From an uncultured Candidatus Saccharibacteria bacterium (lineage in GTDB: Bacteria; Patescibacteriota; Dojkabacteria; SC72), in contig CAZEQZ010000001.1 of the NCBI GenBank assembly GCA_964514595.1, positions 267,847 to 331,846 on the forward strand: a DNA stretch of 64,000 nucleotides, in the 5' to 3' direction. Position 1 is the stretch's first letter. Every line of letters starts with the position of its first letter. The position numbers and the translations under genes are program-made. The notes below the pieces were generated by a model. It was given only the letters and a program-made list of their open reading frames with translations, ran no database searches and was not told where the DNA came from. Shown piece by piece: positions 10,640-20,315 of this stretch.

Positions 10640-10852
10640 TTAAAGATTAACGATTTTTCTTACTAATGGTTTCTTATTACTTTTATCCACCAAGGCATTA
10701 TCTTTCTGTCTTCTTTTAGACTTAGCAGACCTTTTTGTCTTAAGATGACCCTGATGACTCTGCTTGTATCTAAGTTTAGGAGTCCTATTTCCTTTAGGAT
10801 TAGACGCCTTTATTCTTTTCTTTGCTGTTTTGTTTGTTTTCTGTCTAGCCAT
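10640..10852 (-). CDS. rpmI: 50S ribosomal protein L35
   Basis: KTNKTAKKRIK...HLKTKRSAKSKRR; located between infC and rplT. Confidence 0.88.
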   Translation of the reverse strand: MARQKTNKTAKKRIKASNPKGNRTPKLRYKQSHQGHLKTKRSAKSKRRQKDNALVDKSNKKPLVRKIVNL

Positions 10853-11354
10853 TTGGTTTAAAAGTCATTGAAATTCTATTACCCTCATACTTGGGCTCGG
10901 CTTCGATACTACTATAATCGGTAAAATTAGTCAATATTTCAGTAAAAACTTCCTTTGCTTGATCCATTGATTGACGTCCCTTTTTAACCATAGTAAGTTT
11001 AACAGGGTGTCCTTTACTTAGAAATTCTTTTGATCTTTTTATTCTATGATCAATATCGCCTTGTTCTATAACTGGTGAAAACCTAAACTCTTTCGTTTCT
11101 TTTGCTTTACCTTTTTTATTTGATCTACTCTTCTTACTTATGCTGTATATATATTTTGCATAATCCATTATTTTACAGACAGGAGGAGAAACATTTGCTC
11201 CTACTTCGACTAGATCTAATTCTGCTTCTCGTGCCATATTCAGGGCCTTATTGGTATCTACAACCCCGATGTTCTCACCTTTTTCATCTATTAGTTGTAC
11301 CTCGCTTACTCTTATGTACTCATTGACTCGCGGTCCTTTCCTCTTAGAATCCAT
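10845..11354 (-). CDS. infC: Translation initiation factor IF-3
   Basis: RVNEYIR..EVQLID, LDLVEV, PPVCKIMDY, KEFRF; downstream of thrS. Confidence 0.96.
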   Translation of the reverse strand: MDSKRKGPRVNEYIRVSEVQLIDEKGENIGVVDTNKALNMAREAELDLVEVGANVSPPVCKIMDYAKYIYSISKKSRSNKKGKAKETKEFRFSPVIEQGDIDHRIKRSKEFLSKGHPVKLTMVKKGRQSMDQAKEVFTEILTNFTDYSSIEAEPKYEGNRISMTFKPNG

Positions 11355-11381
11355 GTATTAATATTTATATTAAAAATTTAT

Positions 11382-13154
11382 TTAAATACTTTCTTTAAAG
11401 GTTTCCTTGTTTCTAATCTCTTCCTTGAGATTATCTATGAATTCTTGTACTTTCATCAAACCCTCTTCCTTATTTCTTCTTGCCCTCACACTCACCGCCT
11501 CTGTTTCTATTTCTTTGTCTCCGACTACTGCTATGTATGGGATTTTCATTTTCTCTGCATCCCTGATTCTGGATTGCATGCTCTTGTTTCTGTCATCCAT
11601 TTTCACTCTTAATTTTGCTTCCTTAAGTTCTTGGTATACCTTCTGTGCATACTCTTTGTGTTTTTCAGATATTGGTATTACATATACCTGTTCAGGTGTA
11701 AACCAGAGAGGGAAATCTCCACCGTGGTGTTCTATGAGAAATGAAAAGAATCTTTCAAAAGAACCGATTAAAGCTCTATGTATAACGAATGGTTGTTTCT
11801 CTTCACCTTCAGAGTCTATGTATGTGATATTAAATTTCTCTGGCATATTAAAATCCAACTGAATTGTGGATATTGAGTCTTCTTTCCCAAAAACATTCAC
11901 TGCTTGTATGTCTATCTTAGGGCCGTAGAAGGCTGCATCTCCAGGCATTTCTTCAAATTCCAAGCCTCTTTTGACTAATACATTTCTTAAGGTGTCCTCT
12001 GCTATTTTCCATTTTTCTGGATCCCCAGAATACTTCTCAGGATTTTTCTCTCTGTCCGAGATGGAGAGCCTAAATTTATAATTATCAAAACCTACATCCT
12101 TATAGAAGATTAGTAGAAGATCTAAGGTCTCATTTAGTATGTCTTCTAGTTGCTCAGGGGTACAGAAAAGATGGGCATCATTTTGTGTAAAGCCCCTTAC
12201 TCTTTGTAATCCGTGTAACTCTCCTGATTTTTCATATCTGTATACCGTCCCAAATTCTCCGAGCTTGTATGGAAGGTCTCTATAGCTTTTAGGTGACATT
12301 TTGTACACCATCATTCCAGCAGGACAGTTCATAGGTTTAAGATAGTAGGTTTCATCCTCTATTTGAATTGGTGCATACATAGATTCTTTGTAGAAACCTA
12401 AGTGACCAGAAGTTTGAAACAGAATCTCTTTATTTATATGAGGAGTTAATATGTGTTGGTATCCATACTCTCTCTCCAAATCCAACATATATTCCTCAAG
12501 TATTCTTCTTATGGTATATCCCCTAGGTAGCCATACAGGTAACCCTTGTCCTATCTCTGGAATAATTGCAAATAGATCAAGCTGTTTACCAAGTTTTCTG
12601 TGGTTTCTCTTTTCTAACTCTTGCTGATTCCTTAAATATTCATTCAACTCCTCCTTTGTCTCAAAAGCTGTGCCATATATTCTTGTTAACATTTTTTTCT
12701 TCTCATCTCCTCTCCAGTATGCTCCTGCAGTCTTAGTTAATTTTATAGCGCCAATGTCCTTGGTGTTTTCTACGTGTGGTCCTCTGCATAAATCAGCAAA
12801 ATCATTGTCTCCAGTTACATAGAAACTGTACTCCTCCCCTTCTAACTCCTCTAACAGCTCTAGCTTATATATCTGATCAGTCTTCTTAAGATACTCAACA
12901 GCTTCATCCTTTTTCATAAATAGTTGATTAAAAGGAAGTGCTTCTTTTATTATTTTCTTCATCTCCTTTTCTATCTTAGGCAAATCCTCCTCCTCAATTG
13001 GCTCTGCAAAGTCAAAGTCATAGTAGAAGCCATTCTCTATAGCTGGACCTATACCTAATTTGGTATCTGGGTATAGTTTTAATACTGCTTGAGCAAGTAT
13101 ATGTGAGGCTGAGTGTCTCATTGCCTCAAGTTTTAATAATTTTTCAGATTCCAT
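11382..13154 (-). CDS. thrS: Threonine--tRNA ligase (lacks the N-terminal TGS domain)
   Basis: RHSASHILAQAV, DLCRGPHV, GAYWRGD, LKPMNCP, YRYEKSGELHGL.RVRGFTQNDAH, FYGPKID, IHRALIGSFERF. Confidence 0.97.
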   Translation of the reverse strand: MESEKLLKLEAMRHSASHILAQAVLKLYPDTKLGIGPAIENGFYYDFDFAEPIEEEDLPKIEKEMKKIIKEALPFNQLFMKKDEAVEYLKKTDQIYKLELLEELEGEEYSFYVTGDNDFADLCRGPHVENTKDIGAIKLTKTAGAYWRGDEKKKMLTRIYGTAFETKEELNEYLRNQQELEKRNHRKLGKQLDLFAIIPEIGQGLPVWLPRGYTIRRILEEYMLDLEREYGYQHILTPHINKEILFQTSGHLGFYKESMYAPIQIEDETYYLKPMNCPAGMMVYKMSPKSYRDLPYKLGEFGTVYRYEKSGELHGLQRVRGFTQNDAHLFCTPEQLEDILNETLDLLLIFYKDVGFDNYKFRLSISDREKNPEKYSGDPEKWKIAEDTLRNVLVKRGLEFEEMPGDAAFYGPKIDIQAVNVFGKEDSISTIQLDFNMPEKFNITYIDSEGEEKQPFVIHRALIGSFERFFSFLIEHHGGDFPLWFTPEQVYVIPISEKHKEYAQKVYQELKEAKLRVKMDDRNKSMQSRIRDAEKMKIPYIAVVGDKEIETEAVSVRARRNKEEGLMKVQEFIDNLKEEIRNKETFKESI

Positions 13155-13281
13155 AATAATATCAGTTTAAAAAGTTAAGTTTATGGGAAAAAAGAAACAA
13201 CATCATTAGAATGTTTGTGTACAAAAAACAATTTTACTAATTTTCTCTTTGTTTATACCGTATTGTTTATACATTTGTACT

Positions 13282-13310
13282 ATTCTATATCGTAATTATT
13301 GATTTTGCAA
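13282..13310 (-). promoter_or_regulatory. Sigma70-like promoter upstream of the thrS leader
   Basis: Minus strand TTGCAA-17 nt-TAGAAT. Confidence 0.6.
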
Positions 13311-13318
13311 TGAGGATA

Positions 13319-14059
13319 TTACCTTTTTACAATAAAGAAGGATATAGTATTTAAGCCGAATTCTTCAGATTCCAAGATCTCTATATTATCTAGACTAAGT
13401 TTCTCCAGTGGATATCTCTTTGGATGTTTCAATATTAAAGCACCTTTAAACCTTTCACTATCAGGATTTTGTACACCTGGGAGTAGTTGGGATGCCATAT
13501 TTAATACAGATTCCATCTTAAACGTCTTTTTAGTATTAAATAGCTTATATGGTGGATCCAAAAATATTATGTCAAATGTTGGTATTGGGTCACTATTACT
13601 CTGTTTAAATAAATAGTCTTCGGTTTTAGATCTAATAATTTCTGTTTGTAGCAAGAATCCTGTTTTGGCGACATTATTCTTTATTACAAAATCAGCATTC
13701 TTTGAAGCTTCTACGAATGTGACGTGTTTAGCACCTCTTGATAGGGCTTCAAGACCAAATGAACCAGCACCTGCATATAGATCAAGTACGTTTTTATTAA
13801 ATATATCCTCTCTTAGAATATCAAATACTTTAACTTTCATCCTATCTGTTAATGGTCTTGTAGTTTTGGGTATCTCTAATTTAAAATTTTTAACCTTCCC
13901 TGCTGTTATTCTAACAAATGTATGTATAGTGGGTTCTTTGTGAAGCAGTCTTTCTTTAAGGAAGGTATCTTCCCTTTCTTCAAATTCCTCCGGAGTCTCT
14001 ACTTTCCATTTCTTTTTTTCTTTTCTTAGTTTTTTAAATGAATCATGTTTTAAGCTCAT
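13319..14059 (-). CDS. rsmD: 16S rRNA m2G966 methyltransferase RsmD family, with basic N-terminal extension
   Basis: VRITAGK, TRPLTDRMK, VLDLYAGAGSFGLEALSRGA, FDIIFLDPPY. Confidence 0.9.
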   Translation of the reverse strand: MSLKHDSFKKLRKEKKKWKVETPEEFEEREDTFLKERLLHKEPTIHTFVRITAGKVKNFKLEIPKTTRPLTDRMKVKVFDILREDIFNKNVLDLYAGAGSFGLEALSRGAKHVTFVEASKNADFVIKNNVAKTGFLLQTEIIRSKTEDYLFKQSNSDPIPTFDIIFLDPPYKLFNTKKTFKMESVLNMASQLLPGVQNPDSERFKGALILKHPKRYPLEKLSLDNIEILESEEFGLNTISFFIVKR

Positions 14060-14072
14060 TGTTGATTATACA

Positions 14073-17000
14073 CTAATCTATTTTAATGCCACCCATCCGA
14101 AGACCTTCGAATTTGAAGAGTGTAAGGGCATCTATGAAATTTCCGCTCTCAGACCATTCGCTAACTAGGTCGTGACTATCCCAGAATCTAATTCTCCAGT
14201 AGTATGTGTTTGTTGATGAAGTAAGTGGTGTCCCGGCATAGGTGTAAGAAGAGGAGCGTTGATTGTTAGCGATGTTTGTATTTGTTTTACCAGAGTCCCA
14301 CATTGTAGTACCTGAAAACAGATAGTTACTGTTTACTTGAATCTGATATGCGGTAGCATAGTCTGTAGGGTCAGAATCTGAGAAAATTGCAGTGAATCTT
14401 GGACTTAATGTGTCTATACCTTTTGGATTGACACGTCCATCTACTAATAGCGAGCTAGGAGCATTTGGAGGTATGTGTGTGTAGAAATGTTCTACTTCGG
14501 ACCATTCGCTAACTAAATCTCCATTGTCCCAGAATCTGATTCTCCAGTAATAATCGGTGGCATACTCTAAAGAAGATCCGGAGTATGATATGTCTGTGCT
14601 TCTTGCATCATTTTCTATACTTTCTAAAAATGCGGTTTTTTCACTATCCCATTTAATAGTTTCTTCAAAATTATCATTAGTATTAAGTTGAATTTGATAA
14701 TAATCGGCTGTGTTTAAAGTGTCTGTGTCAGTAAAGATTGCAGAAAAGTATGGATAGAGGGTCGTCATACTATTGTTTGAAACATCTTCAGTTTGTAGTT
14801 CTGTGGGAGCGTTAGGATGATAATTCATTGCAAACGTAGCTGTATCTGACCATTCTCCCTCTGCTTCAGACTGATTCCAGAATTTTATCCTCCAGTAATA
14901 TACTGTATCCCATTGTAACTCGCTTCCGTTATATGTTATATCCGGAGATCTTGCTCCATTTGCAAAAGGTGTTACAAATTCTATTCTATCTGTATCCCAC
15001 ATCATGTTTCCTGTAAAGTACTGGTGTGTATTTACCTGAATCCTATAATAATTGGCTGTATCCGTAGGTTCGTCTGCTGTGAATACGGCAGAGAATTTTG
15101 GAGATAGATTTGTAAGGAAAGTTGGATTTGTTTCTCCTTCGCAAAGTAAATTCCCAGGTTGATGAGGAGCAGATGTTTCTTCCAATATGGTGGTGTTTTG
15201 AGATATTTTCCTCTCGGTAAATATAACAGTTATGTATGAAGGATAATTTGACACATCTATCGAATCTACAGTGCAGGAGTGAGTGTGATCTTCACTCGCA
15301 AAATATGAGTCTGCTCCTAATCCTCCTAACCCAAGTATTGCGTGTGATGATGTGCCTGTAGTTATCTCAATTGTATGTTTATGCGTAGTAGTTCCTCCAC
15401 TTCCACCATATTCTTCGGCAGCTTTTGGAATTTTATCATCCAACTCCGAAAATCTATTCCAGCCCAAAGGGGGTAATTCACTTGTCACAATTATGTTGTC
15501 CTCAGTTACATATATATCCCCTTGTGATTTAGCAAATACTAGGTCTAGATAAGGTGGTGTATGTGTGTCTGTAGATATTGAGACATCAGTAGATTCATGA
15601 GTATGGGTATCTTTAGAAAGAGAATCAGCTGTTATATTAGATTCTGAGAAAGTGGGAGAGGATGTTCCTGTTAAGGAAGTTAAATATTCGATTCGTATCC
15701 TTCCAGCACCTCCAGTAAGTCCACCCAGTCCTCCTGTTCCTCCTGCCCCTCCTGTCGCCGTAGCCTTACTAGTGCCTAGTGCAAGGTCTTCCCCTATTAT
15801 TTTGATAGATCCTCCCGAACCACCACTCCCACTAGCAGCAGTAAAGGGACTTGTTCCACTACCATTTCCACCTGTCCCTCCGTTGGATGAGATTGTTCCT
15901 GAGAGGCTTACTTCTTTTGCAGATATAAATACAATACCTCCACCTCTACCACCAGCTCCTCCAGTTCTGCCTGATGCCTGCGCAGCACCACCAGCTCCTC
16001 CCCCAGAGCCGAAGAAAAGCTTTGCTAAAGTTGGTTCTCCGTAGGTACCACCTCCACCTCCAGATCCACCAGTTCCATTGGATCCTGAACTTCCATTTCC
16101 ACTCACGTTTGTTCCACCATTTCCACTTGGGGTACCATATCCTCCACCTGCACTTCGACCTCCGATTGCTGAAGTAGGACCCCCACCCTCTCCACCACCA
16201 CCACCAGCCCCTCCTCTTGCAGAACCAGCTCCTCCTGAACCACTTGGGCTGTCCTGCCATTTTCCTGCACCACCACCTCCTCCACAAAGACCTGCTACAC
16301 CGTTTCCACTTGGTCCATATCCTCCTCTCCCTCCTCCAGCAGTTCCACAATAAGATTCTCCACCGTATCCAGGATTACTGGTTGAGCCACTACCTCCGGT
16401 ATAACCTCTAGCATTGGCATGTATTGTCCCATTTACTGTAACTGTTCCTGTAGCTCTGAACATCAATATTCCTCCCTTTGTACCATCCCATGTGTCTGGA
16501 TACCAATTTATAGAAGTATTTACGGTCACACTTGTATATTGCGGTATCCTTTGTACCATTATTTTTTGTGTTACTCCATCATAGTTATTGGTTAGTTCCC
16601 TATCTAAGGAAAGGGTATTAGTATCTGTATTAATGTTTGTTATGTATGCTGTATCATAATTACCAACATTAGAGAAGTTTGAGGAAGTTCCCTGTAGATT
16701 AATTATTATAATTTCATCTTCCACATCTAGTCCCGTAGGAGCTGAAGAAAGTGTTATATTGGAAGATCCCGCAGAAACAGAACTGGTCACTCTAAAATTA
16801 ACAGCATCGGAGACATCTCTTCCTGAACAAGAGGCTCCTGTATTAATACTTCTACTGGAGGAAACGGTACATTCTCCATCCGCCCCAGTTCCTAAGTTAT
16901 AGTTAGAGGAAGATAAGATATCAGATACAGATGTTACATCAGTAGTATGTCCATTTGTTGAAGTATGCGTATGTGTCGCTGATCCGCCTGATCCTCCATA

Positions 17001-17834
17001 GGTACTAGCACCTCTTGGAAAAGTATTATCTAAAGCAGAAAACCGTGTCCATCCTGTTGGTGCTGCTACATTGAACATGGAAATCAGATTAGTAGATAAG
17101 AGAAAATGGTTATTGTAGCAGATTATCATATCTTTATATGGAGGTAGTACGGAATTATTTGTATTTACAGTTGTAGTAAGGTTGTCATGGGCATGAGTAA
17201 TAGAAGTGCCAAGAAGATTTCCAGAGGAACTACCGATACTTGTAGTAGATATAGAACTAGAGGTACAACTTGCATTCGCGTGGGAATGGCTATCAGACCC
17301 TCCGGTGTTACCATAAGTATCACTACCTCTTAAAAATTTCCCGTCAAATTCTTCCGCTCTTGTCCAACCTGTAGGGCAGGTATTATCTGCAAACATAAAT
17401 ATATCTCCATCCCAAGGTAAAGATCCTGCGGAAGCATTACTATTTCCATAGTACATATATATTGTAGTGCCTTCAGCAGGTAATGTAGATAATCGTATCC
17501 ATATTTTAGTAGATGTTGTGTTACATCCATCTTCGATCCAATAATCTAGAGCCTCATTATGTTCATAGTTTATGAATCGTATATCTTCACAATTTTGTTG
17601 CATTTTCCCCCCAGTTATTATGGATTGAGTGTCTACATCTATTAAGACATCTTCGTCAATCAATTCTTCCTCGGAGGCATTATCTATCTCTATTCCTCTT
17701 CTGTATACCCACGAGCTACTCATCCATCCTAATACTTCCCCCTGATCTTTTTGTGTGAGATATAGCATTAGTCCACCACTAGTTGCAACAACTATAGAAG
17801 ATATAATAGCTACAGTTTTTGAGGTAATCTTCAT
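14073..17834 (-). CDS. Large membrane-anchored surface protein: DUF2341 + tail-collar-like repeats + Gly-rich domain + three Fn3-like repeats
   Basis: N-terminal TM; DUF2341-like WVYRR..DIRF..LDYWIE..KIWIRL..YMYYGN; 3x PxGWxR...GG..HxH...P(P/S)Y; polyglycine region; 3x PxFSA.F...YxIQ..WD...YYWRIxFW..W. Confidence 0.8.
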   Translation of the reverse strand: MKITSKTVAIISSIVVATSGGLMLYLTQKDQGEVLGWMSSSWVYRRGIEIDNASEEELIDEDVLIDVDTQSIITGGKMQQNCEDIRFINYEHNEALDYWIEDGCNTTSTKIWIRLSTLPAEGTTIYMYYGNSNASAGSLPWDGDIFMFADNTCPTGWTRAEEFDGKFLRGSDTYGNTGGSDSHSHANASCTSSSISTTSIGSSSGNLLGTSITHAHDNLTTTVNTNNSVLPPYKDMIICYNNHFLLSTNLISMFNVAAPTGWTRFSALDNTFPRGASTYGGSGGSATHTHTSTNGHTTDVTSVSDILSSSNYNLGTGADGECTVSSSRSINTGASCSGRDVSDAVNFRVTSSVSAGSSNITLSSAPTGLDVEDEIIIINLQGTSSNFSNVGNYDTAYITNINTDTNTLSLDRELTNNYDGVTQKIMVQRIPQYTSVTVNTSINWYPDTWDGTKGGILMFRATGTVTVNGTIHANARGYTGGSGSTSNPGYGGESYCGTAGGGRGGYGPSGNGVAGLCGGGGGAGKWQDSPSGSGGAGSARGGAGGGGGEGGGPTSAIGGRSAGGGYGTPSGNGGTNVSGNGSSGSNGTGGSGGGGGTYGEPTLAKLFFGSGGGAGGAAQASGRTGGAGGRGGGIVFISAKEVSLSGTISSNGGTGGNGSGTSPFTAASGSGGSGGSIKIIGEDLALGTSKATATGGAGGTGGLGGLTGGAGRIRIEYLTSLTGTSSPTFSESNITADSLSKDTHTHESTDVSISTDTHTPPYLDLVFAKSQGDIYVTEDNIIVTSELPPLGWNRFSELDDKIPKAAEEYGGSGGTTTHKHTIEITTGTSSHAILGLGGLGADSYFASEDHTHSCTVDSIDVSNYPSYITVIFTERKISQNTTILEETSAPHQPGNLLCEGETNPTFLTNLSPKFSAVFTADEPTDTANYYRIQVNTHQYFTGNMMWDTDRIEFVTPFANGARSPDITYNGSELQWDTVYYWRIKFWNQSEAEGEWSDTATFAMNYHPNAPTELQTEDVSNNSMTTLYPYFSAIFTDTDTLNTADYYQIQLNTNDNFEETIKWDSEKTAFLESIENDARSTDISYSGSSLEYATDYYWRIRFWDNGDLVSEWSEVEHFYTHIPPNAPSSLLVDGRVNPKGIDTLSPRFTAIFSDSDPTDYATAYQIQVNSNYLFSGTTMWDSGKTNTNIANNQRSSSYTYAGTPLTSSTNTYYWRIRFWDSHDLVSEWSESGNFIDALTLFKFEGLRMGGIKID

Positions 17835-17853
17835 TAATATATTGTACCAGAAT

Positions 17854-18312
17854 CTAATCTCTTTCTCTTGTTACTTCATACAGTATAGCTGTAGCACAGT
17901 TGGCTACATTTAAGGATTCTTTCTTTCCTCTCATAGGTACCATAATCCTTTTATCTGTATATTCAAGTATATCTTCTGATATGCCATTCTTTTCATGACC
18001 AAATACTAAGACAAACTCATTAGGATATTTAATCTTTTGAAAATTTTCTGCGTCATTAGTAATCTCTACTGAGTATATAGGTATATTCCTTCCTTTAAGT
18101 TCTTCCAAAGCCTCTTGGGTAGTATCGTAATGTTCAGATGGAATCATCTCTATTGCTCCCAATGCAGTTTTTTCTAACTTAGGGTTATCTATATCACTCG
18201 TAATGCCACAAAGATATATCTTCTCTACACTACCTGCACCATCCGCGGATCTAAATATACTGCCTACATTAAAAGCAGATCTAATATTGTCTAATACTAT
18301 GTGTATTTTCAT
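17854..18312 (-). CDS. TrmH/SpoU family RNA 2'-O-methyltransferase
   Basis: VLDNIRSAFNVGSIFRSAD, LVFGHEKNGI, PMRGKKESLNVA. Confidence 0.92.
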   Translation of the reverse strand: MKIHIVLDNIRSAFNVGSIFRSADGAGSVEKIYLCGITSDIDNPKLEKTALGAIEMIPSEHYDTTQEALEELKGRNIPIYSVEITNDAENFQKIKYPNEFVLVFGHEKNGISEDILEYTDKRIMVPMRGKKESLNVANCATAILYEVTRERD

Positions 18313-20312
18313 CTAAATAGATTCTCTAATATATATTCATAGCTATTATCATCTTTAAGAATCTTTTTAGCAAGAACCCTTGCTCTATGTAGTAATTTAA
18401 TATCATGTATGGAGGCAACCTTAAATAGAGGGATACCTGATTGCCTAAGTCCATATACCTCCCCCGGTCCCCTACTTTGAAGATCATACTCTGCAACCTC
18501 AAAACCTGAATTATGGTTAGCAAAATATCTAAGCCTTTCTTCTGCAGAAGAACCCTTCTCTACATTAGCACTAGGTATTACAAAACAGTATGACTCTTTA
18601 TCACTTCTCCCCACCCTACCTCTTAATTGATGGAGCTGTGCAAGACCAAATCTCTCTGCATCCTCTATTACCATTATTGTGGCATCAGGAATATCTATTC
18701 CCACCTCTATTACTGTTGTGGAGACCAATATATTTATTTTCTTCTTCCTAAAATCTTCTAGTAGTCTATCTTTTTCCTTCTGTTTTAATCTCCCGTGAAG
18801 AAATTCAACCTTTAATCCTTTAAATATATTTTTAAGATACTCGAATTCTGTAAGTACAGCTTTAGCACTTAATTTCTCTGATTCTTCAATCAGAGGATAT
18901 ATTATGAAGGCTTGATTTTCTAAATTACTATCTTTAATACTATCCTTTATCCATTTAAAGCAATCGTTTCTTTTTTTAAATGGTGTGAAGTATGTTTTAA
19001 TAGGTATCCTATTCTTTGGTTTCTCTCTGATTTCAGATACATCTAATCCTCCAAAGAATATCTCTGTGAGACTTCTTGGTATTGGTGTAGCTGTCATAGT
19101 TAGATAGTGAGGGGATGTCTTAATCTTCTGTTTGAAATACTCTCTCTGTTCCACTCCAAATCTATGCTGTTCATCTATTACAACCAAGTTTAAATCCTTA
19201 GGCAGTTCTTTCTCATACAAGATTGCATGAGTTCCAATTATTAATTTGTTGTCAGCTTTCTTAATAATCTTTTTAGCTGATATACAAAGTTCAATATCTA
19301 TATCTAAATCTTTAAATATATTTTTGAATGTATCGTAGTGTTGCTGTGCAAGTACTGTAGTGGGAGCTATCAATATGCAAGAGTATCCATTTCTTATTGT
19401 GTTTAATACTACAATTGCAGCTATTATAGTTTTTCCACTCCCCACATCTCCATTTAACAGCCTATTCATTGGTTTCTTCTTTGTAGTGTCTTCCAATATT
19501 TTCTCTAGAGCCTTATTTTGATCATCTGTTAATTTAAAGGGGAGTGATTTTATGAAGCTATTAATATGTTTCGTTTTAATATCCATATGGATACTTTTTT
19601 CATTCTCTCTCTGTTTAACTCTTCTCTCGATCTTAAAAGCTATCCTAAGCATTTCATCAAAAGAAAGTCTTTCCTTAGACCTTTCTATATCTTCTTCATT
19701 TTCTGGAAAGTGTATTTTAGATATTGCGGTAGGTATATCTAAAATTTTTTCTTTCTCTATCCATTTACTTTGTAGTGGTTCATTGAGAATAGAGGGTATA
19801 TCTTTCTCTAGGGTTTTAATCTTGCTTCTAATCATTCTTGAAGTTAATCCTTTTGTTTCTGGATATATACCTATCCACTTTCCTAAATGAAGCTGTTTCT
19901 GTGGATCTTCCTTTAGTTTCTCAAATTTAGGATTATAGATATTCTTTCTATTTGCTTTTCTACTAATCTTTGCATTAAAAAGATATATATCCCCTATCTT
20001 TAAAGTGTCTTTTAAATATGGCTGATTGAAATATACTAGGTTTAGAAATCCTGTATCGTCTCTTACTCTAACAGTTGTTATTTTTTTTCTTAGGTATGTA
20101 ATTTTAACATTAACAATTTCAGCTATGAATGTTCCTCCCTCTTTCTCTTTAAATTCTTCAATTGTTATAACCGAAGATGTGTCTTGGTATCTGAATGGTA
20201 TGTGAAAGAGAAGGTCTTGTATGGAGAAGATATTTAATTTGTGAAAAGCAGTAGCTTGTTTAACTCCTATACCTTTTATTTCTGTTATTGCAGATTCTTT
20301 AGATAGTGGCAT
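18309..20312 (-). CDS. recG: ATP-dependent DNA helicase RecG
   Basis: MNRLLNGDVGSGKT, IGTHA, DEQHRFGVEQR, MTATPIPRSL, TTVIEVGIDIP, FGLAQLHQLRGRVGR. Confidence 0.97.
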   Translation of the reverse strand: MPLSKESAITEIKGIGVKQATAFHKLNIFSIQDLLFHIPFRYQDTSSVITIEEFKEKEGGTFIAEIVNVKITYLRKKITTVRVRDDTGFLNLVYFNQPYLKDTLKIGDIYLFNAKISRKANRKNIYNPKFEKLKEDPQKQLHLGKWIGIYPETKGLTSRMIRSKIKTLEKDIPSILNEPLQSKWIEKEKILDIPTAISKIHFPENEEDIERSKERLSFDEMLRIAFKIERRVKQRENEKSIHMDIKTKHINSFIKSLPFKLTDDQNKALEKILEDTTKKKPMNRLLNGDVGSGKTIIAAIVVLNTIRNGYSCILIAPTTVLAQQHYDTFKNIFKDLDIDIELCISAKKIIKKADNKLIIGTHAILYEKELPKDLNLVVIDEQHRFGVEQREYFKQKIKTSPHYLTMTATPIPRSLTEIFFGGLDVSEIREKPKNRIPIKTYFTPFKKRNDCFKWIKDSIKDSNLENQAFIIYPLIEESEKLSAKAVLTEFEYLKNIFKGLKVEFLHGRLKQKEKDRLLEDFRKKKINILVSTTVIEVGIDIPDATIMVIEDAERFGLAQLHQLRGRVGRSDKESYCFVIPSANVEKGSSAEERLRYFANHNSGFEVAEYDLQSRGPGEVYGLRQSGIPLFKVASIHDIKLLHRARVLAKKILKDDNSYEYILENLFR

Positions 20313-20315
20313 TTT

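Noticed and set aside
11340-11365. Non-canonical AUU start for infC
   Set aside because: An in-frame TAA lies two codons upstream of a normal ATG
13155-13318. T-box riboswitch upstream of thrS (also checked pheS, tyrS, hisS)
   Set aside because: No AATTxxGGTGGxACC(G/A)CG T-box motif, and the leaders are too short
15652-16411. Pro-rich and Trp/Arg-rich ORFs overlapping the large surface gene
   Set aside because: Shadow frames of the Gly-rich (GGN) coding region
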